A stretch of 64,000 nucleotides of DNA from Candidatus Bathyarchaeota archaeon (GCA_963706285.1 CAVPLU010000004.1:256001-320000), one strand, 5' to 3'. Shown: positions 8,778 through 20,653, numbered from the stretch's first letter. Translations and numbers: made by a program. Notes: generated from the letters alone by a model not told the origin.

Positions 8778-9566
8778 TCAAAACTGTCCGGCTCCGCATG
8801 ATCTGCAGAATCTGTCCTCTGCAAGAATCAGCGCTCCACACTGCATGCAGTACTTGGTTGCCAACACAGGTGGTTGCATCATGCGTGCTTCTGGTCGGAA
8901 CGGAGAGGTTGCGAGAGCGATCCTTCTGAGCCTGAAGAAGACTATCCATCCTGCAACAACAACTCCGCCGGCAATCATGATGCCCACTAGTGGGCCTGTT
9001 CCAACCAGTCCGTAGTCGAATGTCGTGTGCATGATAACGGCTACACACAGGCCCGTGAGGCCTGAAGCTCTAGCGGATGAGAGTTTTCGGCGTGCGAGGC
9101 CGTATCCGATGATTGAGCCCCAGAGTGCGTGTCCTGGCACGGACAAAATCGCGCGAATAATCCCTAAAGTTGCTCCTTGACTCAACACATACAGCAGGTT
9201 CTCTGGTGCCGCAAATCCTAGACCCGCTATGGCACCATATACTAATCCATCCATCAGTTCGTTGAACTCGCGTGAATTGTACACTGAGATACGAACGGCC
9301 AGATACTTTGACGATTCTTCCACAAGCGATACCACTATCAGGAAATGCAGGAACAAAGCAAGCGGGTCGTTCGATGGTGGAAGAAATAGACTTCCAAGCA
9401 GCTCAGCGATCACTACTGGCACGACAAGGAAGGCGCCTAGAATGAACGTCTTGATGATGAGCTTGCGCGGTTCACGTTCGTACCGATCGCGAGTGTAGAC
9501 GAACCAAGCAAGAAAAACGATAGGAGCAAGGGCAATTCCGATCAGTTCAAGATCCACTTGCCACAC
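8778..9566 (-). CDS. PrsW family intramembrane metalloprotease with C-terminal zinc ribbon
   Basis: DRYEREP, VEESSK, GLGFAAPEN, PGHA, H...D motifs; CMQCG..FCRSCG. Confidence 0.9.
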   Translation of the reverse strand: MWQVDLELIGIALAPIVFLAWFVYTRDRYEREPRKLIIKTFILGAFLVVPVVIAELLGSLFLPPSNDPLALFLHFLIVVSLVEESSKYLAVRISVYNSREFNELMDGLVYGAIAGLGFAAPENLLYVLSQGATLGIIRAILSVPGHALWGSIIGYGLARRKLSSARASGLTGLCVAVIMHTTFDYGLVGTGPLVGIMIAGGVVVAGWIVFFRLRRIALATSPFRPEARMMQPPVLATKYCMQCGALILAEDRFCRSCGAGQF

Positions 9567-9677
9567 CTGTCATGCTAATTCTGTGGGGGTAACCCCCAGT
9601 CTATCCATCATAAGCGTCGCTGGTGCATTCAAGTGGAGTTGAAGAGGACTCAGCCTGAAGGTCGCATTACGGGCTTG

Positions 9678-11309
9678 TCAGCTGGCTTGGGGTGCTTTCA
9701 ATGGTTCTGACGAGACGATCCTTCTATAAAGGTCGTCGCTGAGTTTCCGTCCCGTTTTCTTCTCCCATTCGCTGATTGGCATTCCGTATTCTCTCTGGAC
9801 TTTGTCTCTGTACCATTCTGGGATTACGTTGAATGTGCAGAATGGGATTATGCGCTCGTCTGGCGTAGCGTAGTGGATTGCACAGCGTTTTGCTCTTTCA
9901 ATATCCCAATTGTAGAGGTCCTGGAAATGCATCAGGCCAATGAACAAGCTGTTGTGTTGGAGGACTCCCAGTGCATAGTAGTCGTGTTTGAGAAGTGCGT
10001 CGAACAGTATTCTTGACACGTTGAGTCCCTTCGGGGCCTTGCTCTTGTCCACGAATTTCGTGAAGAGCCTGTAAAGGAGCTTCAGGCCAACTGTGTATCT
10101 GCTGGAACCTTTTCGCAGATCGACGGCTTTCTCATCCAAGTATCCGAAGAATCCGTCCACGTCAACAAAACGGGGCATCGGAATAGTCTTCTCGCCATCT
10201 TGGAATACGTATGTTGCCATGCCGCAAGCGAAATGAGTTGACAACTCGTACTCCCGGTCATGTGTCAAGGCCTCCACAAAGTTGCTGAATGGCATGCATG
10301 ATGGAATTGGATAAAAGTCGTCGCGCGATATCTCCCCTGCGAAGTCCTCCTCTATCTTCATCATGACATCAGGGATAGTGATTCGAAAACGTTCTCTCTC
10401 CCGCTCCGGGACTCGTCCCACAATGGAGATGGGCTGGAAGTTGACCCCTCTAACCGAATCTAGGTTCTTAAGTGCAAATCTGAGAATACTCCCAACATCG
10501 GAATCATTGGTGCCCTTGATGACCGTTGGAACTAGAACGACGCCCACCCCTGCTTTCTTGCAGTTGTCCAAGACTCCAGGGATCTCCCTGTGGTTCTTCG
10601 GGTTCTTCTCGAGTGTCGTGCCGTCATAGCTCAGGTAGATCGTGTTGACACCGGCTTCCCTCACTTTCGCTGCGAGAGTAGGATCCCTCGACAAGTTGAT
10701 GCCATCTGTATTGAGTTGCACGTGGTCAATTCCCTCTTCCCTGCAGATCTTGATGATGTCGAGCAGGTCTTCACGGAGAGTAGGTTCCCCTCCGGTCAGT
10801 TGGATCGCGTTGCAGGGTACTGGTTTCTCATTCGTTAGTGACCTAACCATTGATCGAATCTGATCCAAGGACGGCTCGTAAACGTATCCAGCTTTCTCCG
10901 CGAAGAAGAAGCAGTACCAGCAGTTCAAGTCGCAGCGGTTCGTAAGGACAATGTTTCCAAGTGCGGTGTGACTCGTGTGCAGGTTGCAGAGACCGCAATC
11001 AATTGGACACACAGGGTTTTGTTTGCTGACGAAGGGATTGTCCACTCCCTTTCCGTCGCGTGCATAGCGTTTCGCTCGTTCGTATATGGCGCTGGATCCC
11101 CAGTAGAGTTCGTTGAATTCTCCATGCTTTGCACAGCTCTTGCGAATCCAGATTTTGCCTGCCTGTTCGTACACTTCGGCCTCCAGGATAGCTAGGCATT
11201 CTGGGCATAGGCTCTGCGTTTGGTTGATCAGTGTTACTGGTTGCAAACGAAGGGGGGATTCAGTGGCAGCTTTTGTCAATATCGTGATCTCCCTTCGAGG
11301 AGGGGGCAT
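9678..11309 (-). CDS. tes: Tetraether lipid synthase (Tes/GDGT-MAS, MJ0619-family radical SAM)
   Basis: N-terminal CPEC..C..HG, CPIDCGLCNLH, CDLNCWYC radical SAM motif, HFACG, RCAIHYATPD..IPFC. Confidence 0.8.
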   Translation of the reverse strand: MPPPRREITILTKAATESPLRLQPVTLINQTQSLCPECLAILEAEVYEQAGKIWIRKSCAKHGEFNELYWGSSAIYERAKRYARDGKGVDNPFVSKQNPVCPIDCGLCNLHTSHTALGNIVLTNRCDLNCWYCFFFAEKAGYVYEPSLDQIRSMVRSLTNEKPVPCNAIQLTGGEPTLREDLLDIIKICREEGIDHVQLNTDGINLSRDPTLAAKVREAGVNTIYLSYDGTTLEKNPKNHREIPGVLDNCKKAGVGVVLVPTVIKGTNDSDVGSILRFALKNLDSVRGVNFQPISIVGRVPERERERFRITIPDVMMKIEEDFAGEISRDDFYPIPSCMPFSNFVEALTHDREYELSTHFACGMATYVFQDGEKTIPMPRFVDVDGFFGYLDEKAVDLRKGSSRYTVGLKLLYRLFTKFVDKSKAPKGLNVSRILFDALLKHDYYALGVLQHNSLFIGLMHFQDLYNWDIERAKRCAIHYATPDERIIPFCTFNVIPEWYRDKVQREYGMPISEWEKKTGRKLSDDLYRRIVSSEPLKAPQAS

Positions 11310-11373
11310 TTGTCCTATTTACCCGTTCTGATTAGCGCTCAATGGAACATGCAAGGCACGCTTTTATCATCAG

Positions 11374-13203
11374 GTGGCTCCTGCTAGCGTGATTGAGATG
11401 TCATCAGAACAACGCTTTGTCCCCGATACTTCAGCGATAATTAACGGAAGAATATCTGAGATCATTGAAAGAGGAAATGTGGCGGAAGTAATCATACCGC
11501 ACGCCGCGTTGGATGAACTGCAGGCGCAAGCGTCGAAAGGTAGAGAGGTCGGTCACATCGGTCTCGCTGAATTGAAGAGACTTCGGGCAGTTTGCGAGCA
11601 GAAGAACATCAAGCTCACGTTTATGGGTTCGAGACCTGACCTCGACCAAATCAAGTTGGCAAGGAGCGGCAGACTTGATGCCCTAATCATAGATGTTGCG
11701 AGGAAGGAAAACGCGACTCTTGTGACGGCGGACTATGTGCAAGCTCTCGTGGCAGAAGTGCAGGGCCTCAAGGTGCTTTACTCAGCGCCTCTAGTGAAAA
11801 CGGAGGGGCTCATCTTCGAGAACCTCTTCACGCCTGAGACAGCAAGCGTACATGTGAAGGAGGGGACTTTGCCGCTTGCTAAGCGAGGGAAGCCTGGCAA
11901 GTTCGAGCTCGTAAAGATATCCGACCGACTGACTACCAACGAAGAACTCGAGCAGATCATCAAGCAAATAAATGATGCAGCCCACGTTAGCGACGAAGGA
12001 TTCGTAGAAATCAGCCGCATAGGCGCTTCAGTGATACAGCTGGGCAGGTACAGAATCGCGATTACGAGGCCCCCGTTCTCTGACGGACTGGAAGTCACCA
12101 TCGTGAGACCAGTCGTATCGTTACGTCTCGAAGATTATCGTCTGTCAGAGAAACTGATGGAGCGGCTGAAATCGAAAGCTGAAGGAATCCTTATTGCAGG
12201 ACCTCCTGGGTCAGGCAAGACCACATTCGCATCCTCGCTTGCCGAATTCTATTGGAGTCAGAGCAAGATCGTCAAGACTCTGGAGTCTCCGCGAGACCTC
12301 CAAGTGAGTCCCGAGATTACACAGTACGGTCCGCTAGAGGGTGACTTTGAGAACACGGCTGAGATCTTGCTCCTCGTGAGGCCGGATTATACGGTTTTTG
12401 ATGAGGTTAGAAAGACCAAGGATTTCCAAGTCTTTGCGGATATGCGTCTCGCCGGGGTTGGCATGATAGGAGTCGTGCATGCTACAGACGCCATCGATGC
12501 GGTGCAGCGATTCGTCGGCCGTGTTGAGCTGGGGATGATTCCCCACATAATCGATACGATAATCTTCATCCGATACGGGGAAGTGATCAACGTTTTTTGC
12601 CTCAACCTAGTTGTGCGGGTCCCAAGTGGCATGACCGAAGCCGACCTGGCTCGACCGCTCGTGGAGGTAACGGATTTCGAGACAGGGAAGCTCGAATACG
12701 AGATGTACACCTTCGGTGAAGAGAATGTCATAGTACCCGTTACTGAGGCCGCCCCTCAAGTATCCGGAGCACGCAAACTGGCTGCCGAAAGAGTCCTCCA
12801 AGAGGTCCGTCGATTTGATCCTCAGGCCGAGGTAACATTTGTTTCCGATAACAAAGCCGTTCTGAAAGTAGACAGCGAGTCAATCCCGCTGTTGATCGGG
12901 AAGAAAGGTGTCACGATATCGAAACTCGAAAAATCCCTAGGCATCCATATTGATGTCGAACCGGCGACTCCTACAGGTGGAAACGAAATGCGCTTCAAGA
13001 TTGCTGAGATTGGAAATAGGATCGACTTGGAATTCGACAAGAAGAGCATCGGCCAGGTTGCGAGCGTCTATGTTGACAACGAGTACCTCTTCTCCGCTAC
13101 TGTCGGGAAGAAAAGCCAAATCCGAGTCTCCAAAGAATCCGACCTAGGAAAATCGTTACTGCATGCAATAGTTCGCAAGAAAACGATTAAGATCTTGGCC
13201 TAG
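11374..13203 (+). CDS. PINc/VapC-family ATPase with KH domain (PINA)
   Basis: PDTSAII PIN domain, GPPGSGKT, ESPRDL, DEVRK, LIGKKG KH motif. Confidence 0.9.
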   Translation: MAPASVIEMSSEQRFVPDTSAIINGRISEIIERGNVAEVIIPHAALDELQAQASKGREVGHIGLAELKRLRAVCEQKNIKLTFMGSRPDLDQIKLARSGRLDALIIDVARKENATLVTADYVQALVAEVQGLKVLYSAPLVKTEGLIFENLFTPETASVHVKEGTLPLAKRGKPGKFELVKISDRLTTNEELEQIIKQINDAAHVSDEGFVEISRIGASVIQLGRYRIAITRPPFSDGLEVTIVRPVVSLRLEDYRLSEKLMERLKSKAEGILIAGPPGSGKTTFASSLAEFYWSQSKIVKTLESPRDLQVSPEITQYGPLEGDFENTAEILLLVRPDYTVFDEVRKTKDFQVFADMRLAGVGMIGVVHATDAIDAVQRFVGRVELGMIPHIIDTIIFIRYGEVINVFCLNLVVRVPSGMTEADLARPLVEVTDFETGKLEYEMYTFGEENVIVPVTEAAPQVSGARKLAAERVLQEVRRFDPQAEVTFVSDNKAVLKVDSESIPLLIGKKGVTISKLEKSLGIHIDVEPATPTGGNEMRFKIAEIGNRIDLEFDKKSIGQVASVYVDNEYLFSATVGKKSQIRVSKESDLGKSLLHAIVRKKTIKILA

Positions 13204-13205
13204 AC

Positions 13206-14472
13206 TCAGCGACTGTACTGTTCCAGCTCAATTTTGACCGGCTTCTTCGTCAGCTTGTCAACCAACTGCTCGGTATCTTTCGTGAATTGCACAAGAGACT
13301 CTCTGAGTGTCTCAGTCTTCTCCAAGAGCAGCTTGGATCGACGCTCAAGATCTGTGTTTTGTGCTTGAAGGTTCTTCAGCTCTTGTTTCTTCTGTCTATA
13401 GGTGCGGATGAGTTCGAGACATGTCGGGTCCTGTCAAGTGAGTTCTTCGTTCACCCAGAAGCTTCGTAGCTTCGTGATGTATCCCATCAAGGCTATTCTT
13501 TTCTGCGACATTGTCGATTCTTTCAAGGACCTTCCTCTCCTCGCGCTGCTTTAGCAGAAGCTTCTTCCGTTCTATTGCCTGCTCCATGTTCTTGAGGATC
13601 GATTTCAGTGATGGGTATCCGTCTTCCTCGTGAATGAAGGTCGTGAATGGTCGCTTGAGGTATTCTGATAGTTTGTCTCTGACCTCAGGGGCCATTGGGA
13701 ATTCACCTCTGGCAGCCATCGCTTCCAGCTTTCGCAGAGGTCTCCCCAGACGCCTGAAACCGACGGTTAAGAGGTCTCCGCGAAGTTCTCTCATCCTGCC
13801 ATCGATCTTTCTCAGTTCCGCAATTTCGGGGGTAGCCACAAGTAACTCTATCTGGCGTTCAGCATCGGCGATTTGTGGGCTGATGCTTCCGGCCTCATCT
13901 GTCAGGTGCTTACACTCAGCCATTTGCTTCTGCAACGACTCTTCCAGATCTTGGATCTTCTTCACTCTGGTGTGGGCTTCTTCAATGCCGCGGAGTAAGC
14001 CCCCATCTTTGCTAAAGAGTTCCCATGCTTGCTCTCCAAGCCTACGAAGCCTGTCGATTGAGGCGTTGAGGCTCATCATGTCGAGGATGTAGTACGGGCG
14101 AACCTGTCCGATCCACCTTTCGCGTACCTTGGCTGCATCACTTGAGAGTTTCGTGGTAGCATCGCTGAATTGCTTCAATCCCTCATAGCTGTGAGGGTCA
14201 GCCGATGAATGGGCCGTGAGAAGATCTTGAAGTTCTAAGCACATTCGATTCACGGCACGTGCAGCTTTGTACACGGCTCTGTCGTTTCTTTTCTCAGTGG
14301 AGTCTTTGTCAGACTTCGCTGTGAGATCCAGTGCCACTTCCTTCAGCGAGGAGACTTGTGCCTCGATGTCGGTTTTGTTTTTCTCGATGGCCTTGTTGGC
14401 GTTAGCGATTTGGGTTCTTAACGTGTCTCTGAGCCAGGATTCTAGCTCATCAGGCCTGACAACGTCTTCCAT
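13206..14472 (-). CDS. Coiled-coil hypothetical protein with an apparent +1 frameshift at ~13434
   Basis: The 358-aa ORF continues after removing one base as ..LQDPTCLELIRTYRQKKQELK..KKPVKIELEQYSR* (stop 13206-13208). Confidence 0.65.
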
Positions 14473-14543
14473 TGGTCACCATGGCAATGTATATGAGCAA
14501 AACAATTGCGGTGTAGTCTCGCCCGAATCTAGGCTCGATCCTT

Positions 14544-16251
14544 TCAACGGGCGTCTTCTCGTAACGAGATCAAGCTCGTCTCCACGAGTTCCCGCGCCTT
14601 GTCGATGCGTTTGTTCAAGTCATCAAGCGCTCTCTCGTAAGCTTCTTTCGACATTTTTCCTGAGCGGTACTGAGTCTTGAAGTGTTCTTCGCCTAGTCGG
14701 TTCGCATCGATTTCAGCCTCAGCTTTCTCCATCCGCATGATCATCTCACCGTATCTGACGTGGGACGACTTGAGATCCTCCTTGAGAGGCTGAAGTGCCT
14801 TGGCCAGCTCAGCCATACGATACTCGATAGTCTTACGCCTGCGTCTGTACTCGTGCTTGTTGAGTGCACCTCGAGCAAGATCCTGAGACATCCTGTCTAA
14901 CTCGAGTCTTAATGCAGTTCGGCCGTCGTAGAGTTCCACGAATTGTTTTAGTTTGTCGGAAGGAACAGGGATCTTCAACGTTGCGGGTTTCCGCGTCTTG
15001 GAAACGACAATAACGGCTGCCACTGCTAACTCGACAATGGCAAGCCAAGTCAGAATCAGAGAGCCCGACCAGAATGGAGCGTAGGTGTATTCGAGACTCA
15101 GTCCTAAGTCGGTATATGGCGTGACGTTGGTGAGCGTGTAGTCGAGGCTGCGATGGAGGAATGCCTGTGAGGTCGAGGATGGAGATGGAGAGGCGTTTCT
15201 CACTGCAAAGCCTTCTGGAATGACTATGCTGGTTTCAAGCTTCTCGATCACCCAATCCTTCAAGTTCGAGTAGAGCGAGACCCTGTACTTGTTCATACCC
15301 CACCAGCTTGTCTCCTCCACGTAGGTTGCCGGGTCTAGCTTGTACTTCAGCGTAAAAGTGAACGTGCGATTCGCTTCGATGCCACCTGAATACCTAGGGG
15401 CCACGGAAACGTCAGGGCCATCTTGAGGGGCATCCCAAAGTCGGCCAATTTGATCGTATGCCATAATATCGCTGGAATTCTTGGGAAGTGTAAGTTGGAT
15501 TGTCGAAACGGGGTTGCCCAAGCTCTCGAAGTCGTAGGTTTCGGAGACTTGTATGGATCCGTCCTGATCGAATCTGATCTCTCTTGCTACTTCGGGTACT
15601 CGGACAATGTACTGAGCTGTGGAGGTCATGTTCAGCACGAATGAACTTGTCGTGTATGGTTCTATTGGAGCGAAGGACCCATTGAGACGCAAGTAGCCGC
15701 CCACAGGAGCCTGCGTGAGTTTGAGCCATTCTGGAATCGAGAATGTTGATCCAGTTTCCGCCTTTATTGTCATGTTCTCTGAGATCCCTCTTACTTGAAG
15801 AATCGGAGTTGTTGTGTAATGGAATTGATATCCATGTCGCAACTGGGGTCAGGAGATTTGTATGGACGGATGTTACCGTGAACTTGTAGGTCTCGTCACG
15901 AGCTAGCGCTCGTCCAAAGTTGACCTTGAACCAGTAGGTCCCGCTTGAAGCTTCCAAGTCACGCTCAAGCGTGAGGCCCACGTTGTGATCATCTTGAGCA
16001 CTCAGGTACTTCAAACCTGTCGTCAGGTTTCTCGGAAGACCTATTGGAATTCCCTGCAAGGGAGTTGGAGAATTGTTTCCGACTGTGAAAGTGTCGTTGA
16101 CTGTCAGCAGACCCCAACTCGTGATTTGCGCAACCCTATCCACTTTAACTGTATAGTCTGACGCGGGTTGCGCGGTCACCGCCCAAGGCCCAGCAGTGAG
16201 AATGAAGATGATCATTAGAGCAGCGGCAGAAGCAACTATCTTTTCTCTCAT
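14544..16251 (-). CDS. Ribophorin-I-like type I membrane protein with an apparent +1 frameshift at ~15836
   Basis: Signal peptide; repeated beta-sandwich motifs (VDRVAQITSWG, VAREIRF..G.IQVSETY, LPKNSSDIMAYDQIG, APRY, IVIPEG); single TM; C-terminal coiled coil. ORFs 15412-16251 and 14544-15842 join. Confidence 0.6.
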
Positions 16252-16422
16252 TCTCGGAACCCGTCCTTGCCATTTCTCTTTGAGTGCTCTATCGTGCGCG
16301 AAATTAACGCGACTAGCCCGACTTGGCTTCCACCTCAGTCGGCCATAAATCGCTTTCCACGACTTTTCGGCAACTCAATTGATGATCGCTATTTAAGAAT
16401 GCCGAACTTGTTCAATCTGTTC

Positions 16423-17229
16423 TCACTTTCCCAGCGGGGATCTCACGATTGTAGGAGAGAATGTCCGCCAGTCCGCTGGGGTGTTCTTCAATTTCCTTGC
16501 GGGTATTCCAACATAGATCGAGTGGGAAGGAACATCCTGCATTACGAGAGACTGAGCTCCAATGACGGCACCTTCACCAATCTCAATGGATGGCATAAGC
16601 AATGCGTTTGCGCCAATGCTTGCACCTCGCCGGACTGTTGGGCCGACGAGTTCTGTTTTCTTCTGAGCTACGTACTTATCATTGGTGAAAACAGCGTGCG
16701 GTCCCAGGAAGACTGAATCCTCAATCGTGGAATTAGTGCAAATGTAGCCGCCAGTCTGAATCGAGACCCTTTCACCTATACGACATGATCCGTCTATGAC
16801 AACGCCTGTTCCGATCAGAGTGTTCCTTCCGATCTGAACGTTCTCGCGAACCATCGCGTTGTGTCCGAAGGATACATTGTCACCTATTGAAACGTCGGAG
16901 TAGATGCATGTCCCCGACCTGATGATACAATTATTTCCTATGAGGAGTTGGCGTCTGCTAGGGGCATCATCTACGCTACGTTCATGGCGGATCGATTCGG
17001 TCAGCTCGGTTCTGGATGGAAAACCAAGTACGACATTGGGGCCAACAAAAGAATCCTGTCCAATCTTCGTCGGACCGTACACTATGGCGTTCGGTTCAAT
17101 TCTAACCCTTTCTCCAACCGTCACTTGTCCGAGGAGTTTTGCACCTTGTCCAATGGTACAGCTTGGAGTCAGGGAAGCGGCTTTGTCAACCCAAGCGCCG
17201 CCTTGGACTTGTGGAGTGGTTCTGGTCAA
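16423..17229 (-). CDS. Hexapeptide-repeat (LbH) N-acetyltransferase, sugar-modifying
   Basis: Hexapeptide repeats, VFLGPHAVFTND, GASIGANA, VGIPAR. Confidence 0.85.
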   Translation of the reverse strand: MTRTTPQVQGGAWVDKAASLTPSCTIGQGAKLLGQVTVGERVRIEPNAIVYGPTKIGQDSFVGPNVVLGFPSRTELTESIRHERSVDDAPSRRQLLIGNNCIIRSGTCIYSDVSIGDNVSFGHNAMVRENVQIGRNTLIGTGVVIDGSCRIGERVSIQTGGYICTNSTIEDSVFLGPHAVFTNDKYVAQKKTELVGPTVRRGASIGANALLMPSIEIGEGAVIGAQSLVMQDVPSHSIYVGIPARKLKNTPADWRTFSPTIVRSPLGK

Positions 17230-17312
17230 AGTTCAACCTAGAACAGATGGGATTCTAACGCAAGATATTAGTCTGATTCCGAGGGAACGTCCATAGACAC
17301 GACTGATGACTG

Positions 17313-18704
17313 ATGAGCCAACCGCATCCTTTCATGCCCACCAGTGCTCGTAGAATCAAGGAGGAGATGCTACATGAGCTGGGAGTTCGCAATGTGGAGG
17401 TCCTCTTCGACGACATTCCCGAATCAATTAGGAAAGACTCTACTCTGAACCTGCCTTCGCATCGATCCGAGATGGAAGCCAGGCTAACGGTGGAGGGTCT
17501 GCTGTCGAAGAACCTCTCGACGAGGGAGGTTGTATCTTTCCTAGGGGGAGGAGTCTGGCCTCACTACGTTCCGGCTGCCGTGGACGAAATAGTTTCCCGG
17601 TCTGAATTCCTTACGTCCTACACTCCCTACCAACCGGAGATCTCGCAAGGTATCCTCCAAGCTCTGTTCGAATACCAAAGCATGATCGCGGAGCTGATGG
17701 GGATGGAGTATGCAAACAGCTCACTCTACGACTGGGCAACGGCCCTAGGAGAAGCTGCGAGAATGGCATCTCGCGTAACGGGTCGAGATGAATTCGTCAT
17801 TCCTCACTACGTCCAGCCTGAGAGGATCCAGACTCTGAAGACATTTTGCGAGCCTGCCAGGATACATGTAGTCGAAGTTGATCAGGATAGGCAAACCGGA
17901 GCAATCCTAGACAGCGACCTTCAGAAGAAGGTCGGCTCGAAGACTGCTGGCGTGTACGTTGAGAACCCATCGTACCTCGGCTTCTTTGAAGCCGGAGCGA
18001 AACGAATCGGAGAAATAGCGCACCAGAAAGGGGCCTTGTTCGTTGTCGGTGCCGATCCGATCTCGCTTGGATTGTTCGCGTCGCCCGGCGAGTTGGGCGC
18101 AGATATTGCCATTGGAGAAGGTCAGCCGCTTGGAAATCACATGAACTATGGCGGCCCTCTGCTCGGACTTTTCGCATGCAAGGATGAACGCTTGCTAAGG
18201 CAGATGCCCGGACGCCTGATTGGTGAGACGATAACCAAAGATGGCAGCTCGAAGGCTTTCACGATGGCACTTCAGACAAGAGAACAGCACATCCGGCGTG
18301 AGAGGGCCACCTCGAACATCTGCACGAATGAGGCACTCTGTGCATTGGCCGCTGCAGCATATCTTTCGCTGCTCGGCCCGAGCGGACTTGAGAGACTAGG
18401 CAAGATCATCCTAGACAACTCACACTACGCTATGCAACAACTGAAGGAACTGAAGGGTCTCAAGGTGCCGCTCTTTGAAGCACAACACTTCAAAGAATTC
18501 GTTGTTAGTTTCGAGGGCACAGGCCTTGCAGTCTCAAAAGTCAACGAGGAACTCGCCCGACGAGGCATTCAAGGGGGCATTTGCTTGCCCACTCAATTCC
18601 CCGAGCTCGGCCAATCCGCGCTCTACTGTGTGACCGAATGTCACACGCGCGAGAACATCGACCGACTCAGGACAACGATCGGAGCAATCTTGGAGGAGAG
18701 ATGA
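17313..18704 (+). CDS. gcvPA: Glycine dehydrogenase (decarboxylating) subunit 1
   Basis: SEFLTSYTPYQPEISQG, LQTREQHIRRERATSNICTN. Confidence 0.95.
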   Translation: MSQPHPFMPTSARRIKEEMLHELGVRNVEVLFDDIPESIRKDSTLNLPSHRSEMEARLTVEGLLSKNLSTREVVSFLGGGVWPHYVPAAVDEIVSRSEFLTSYTPYQPEISQGILQALFEYQSMIAELMGMEYANSSLYDWATALGEAARMASRVTGRDEFVIPHYVQPERIQTLKTFCEPARIHVVEVDQDRQTGAILDSDLQKKVGSKTAGVYVENPSYLGFFEAGAKRIGEIAHQKGALFVVGADPISLGLFASPGELGADIAIGEGQPLGNHMNYGGPLLGLFACKDERLLRQMPGRLIGETITKDGSSKAFTMALQTREQHIRRERATSNICTNEALCALAAAAYLSLLGPSGLERLGKIILDNSHYAMQQLKELKGLKVPLFEAQHFKEFVVSFEGTGLAVSKVNEELARRGIQGGICLPTQFPELGQSALYCVTECHTRENIDRLRTTIGAILEER

Positions 18705-20198
18705 TGACATTCAAACAGGCTCAATGGAATGAACCTCTCATCATCGAAAGATCTAGGGAAGGAATTGTGGGATTCTCTCTCCCAACCTGTGAAGAACTCG
18801 CCGTTCATGTTCCCGTCGAGCTCCTCCGCAAGAAACGTCCTAAGCTTCCAGAGGTGGCTGAGACTGATGTCATCCGTCACTATGTTCGATTGTCGCAAAT
18901 GAACTACGGTGTAGACCTTGGGATCTACCCGCTCGGGAGTTGCACGATGAAGTACAACCCGAAGGTGCTCGACAAGCTCGCAGCAAGCACAAAGATCCAG
19001 GACCTACATCCTTTGCAGGATGCTGCAACAGTGCAGGGCATTCTGAGAATACTTCACGAACTTTCTGAATGGCTTGCCGAAATAGTTGGGTTGCACAAAG
19101 TCTCCCTGCAGCCAGCCGCAGGCGCACACGGCGGAATTTGCTGGTGCAATGATCATCAGAGCCTTTCATAGACAAAACGGAGATCTGGAGAAGAGAGACG
19201 AGGTCATCGTTCCCGACTCGGCACATGGAACGAATCCGGCGAGCGCGACAATGGCGGGCTTCAAGGTTGTGGAGGTGCCTTCCAATCGGGATGGATGTGT
19301 GGATATCGATGCCCTTCGTGCCTCGCTCTCTGACAGAACGGCCGGCTTGATGCTCACGAACCCGAACACACTCGGAATATTCGAATCGGAGATCCTCGAG
19401 ATCGCCAGACTCGTCCACGAGGCCGGTGGTCTGCTCTATTATGATGGTGCAAACCTAAACGCGATGCTCGGAAAGGCCAAACCTGGACGAATGGGCTTTG
19501 ACATTGTACACATCAACATCCACAAGACGTTCGGCACTCCTCACGGGGGCGGAGGGCCTGGTTCAGGCCCGATTGCAGTCACCAAGGAGCTTGATGGATT
19601 CCTCCCCGTTCCCACCGTAGAGCAAGATCGTGACAGGTACTACTTGGACTTCAATCGGCCTAAGAGTATTGGAAAGATTCGAAGTTTCTGGGGAAACTCA
19701 TCAGTGCTGCTTCGTGCCTATGCGTACATCTTGATGATGGGACGCGAGGGACTTGAGGAAGTTGCTGAAGTCTCTGTTCTCAACGCAAACTACTTGGCAA
19801 AGAAATTGAGCCAAGTGCGTGGGTACGAATTGCCGTTCCCACACAGAGTCAGGAAACACGAGTTCGTTCTCAGCGCTGCCAAAATGACACATGAGACGGG
19901 CGTCACCGCTGCGCACCTCTCGAAGAGACTGCTTGATTTCGGAATTCACGCCCCCACAATCTACTTCCCACTGATTGTTGATGAAGCTATGATGATTGAA
20001 CCGACTGAAACGGTGAGCAAACAGGAACTGGACGGATTCATCACGGCCTTCTCGAAGGCAAGCGATGAAGCGTACACGAATCCCGATCTTGTGAAAGACT
20101 CTCCGAAGAACACGGCCGTTACCAGGATCGATGAAGTGAGAGCCTCCCATCCCAAGACCATGCAGCTGACATGGAAGCAGAAAGCGCAAACGATCTGA
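18701..20198 (+). CDS. gcvPB: Glycine dehydrogenase subunit 2 with an apparent +1 frameshift at 19133-19134
   Basis: YPLGSCTMKYNP; conserved QPAAGAHGE restored by deleting one G; HKTFGTPHGGGGPG PLP motif. Confidence 0.92.
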
Positions 20199-20253
20199 GA
20201 AACGCAATTCTTTTCCTAGAGTTTGAATTCTACTCCAGACTGCCGGATATCTC

Positions 20254-20541
20254 ATGAAAGTCACGGTCAAATTCTTCGCGCTTGTAAGAGAACTCACAGG
20301 CAAGAGGGAGGAGGTCGTTGATTTGGACGACCAGGCGACGGTTCGAACTCTGCTGAGCAAGCTTGTGGAGGAATACGGCGTTAAGTTTCGCGATTACATA
20401 TTCGACCCTGTATCCAAGGAACCAAGAGGGCACTTGCAGTTTCTTATGGATGGGCGCAATGTTGCGCTTATGCAGGGCCTTGAAACGATTCTGAAAGAAG
20501 GGGCGAGTCTTGCGATCCTGCCTCCGGTGGGCGGGGGCTAG
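20254..20541 (+). CDS. MoaD/ThiS/SAMP ubiquitin-like protein
   Basis: VKFFA..RE, C-terminal ILPPVGGG. Confidence 0.9.
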   Translation: MKVTVKFFALVRELTGKREEVVDLDDQATVRTLLSKLVEEYGVKFRDYIFDPVSKEPRGHLQFLMDGRNVALMQGLETILKEGASLAILPPVGGG

Positions 20542-20653
20542 AAGCTAAGCAAGATGAGGTGAACATCTGAGCCCTTGTTGAGCTCAGATTGTGAAGGACA
20601 TGCTATTTCTGCGATGAAGAGCGTCTTTGGGAGTAGCATGGTCGGTCATGTAA

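Noticed and set aside
19120-19140. Frameshifts as BHB-type mRNA introns (cbf5-like)
   Set aside because: Conserved motifs (GAHGE in GcvPB, WEKTGY in SRP19) are restored by deleting exactly one base, leaving no room for an intron, and no BHB is visible.
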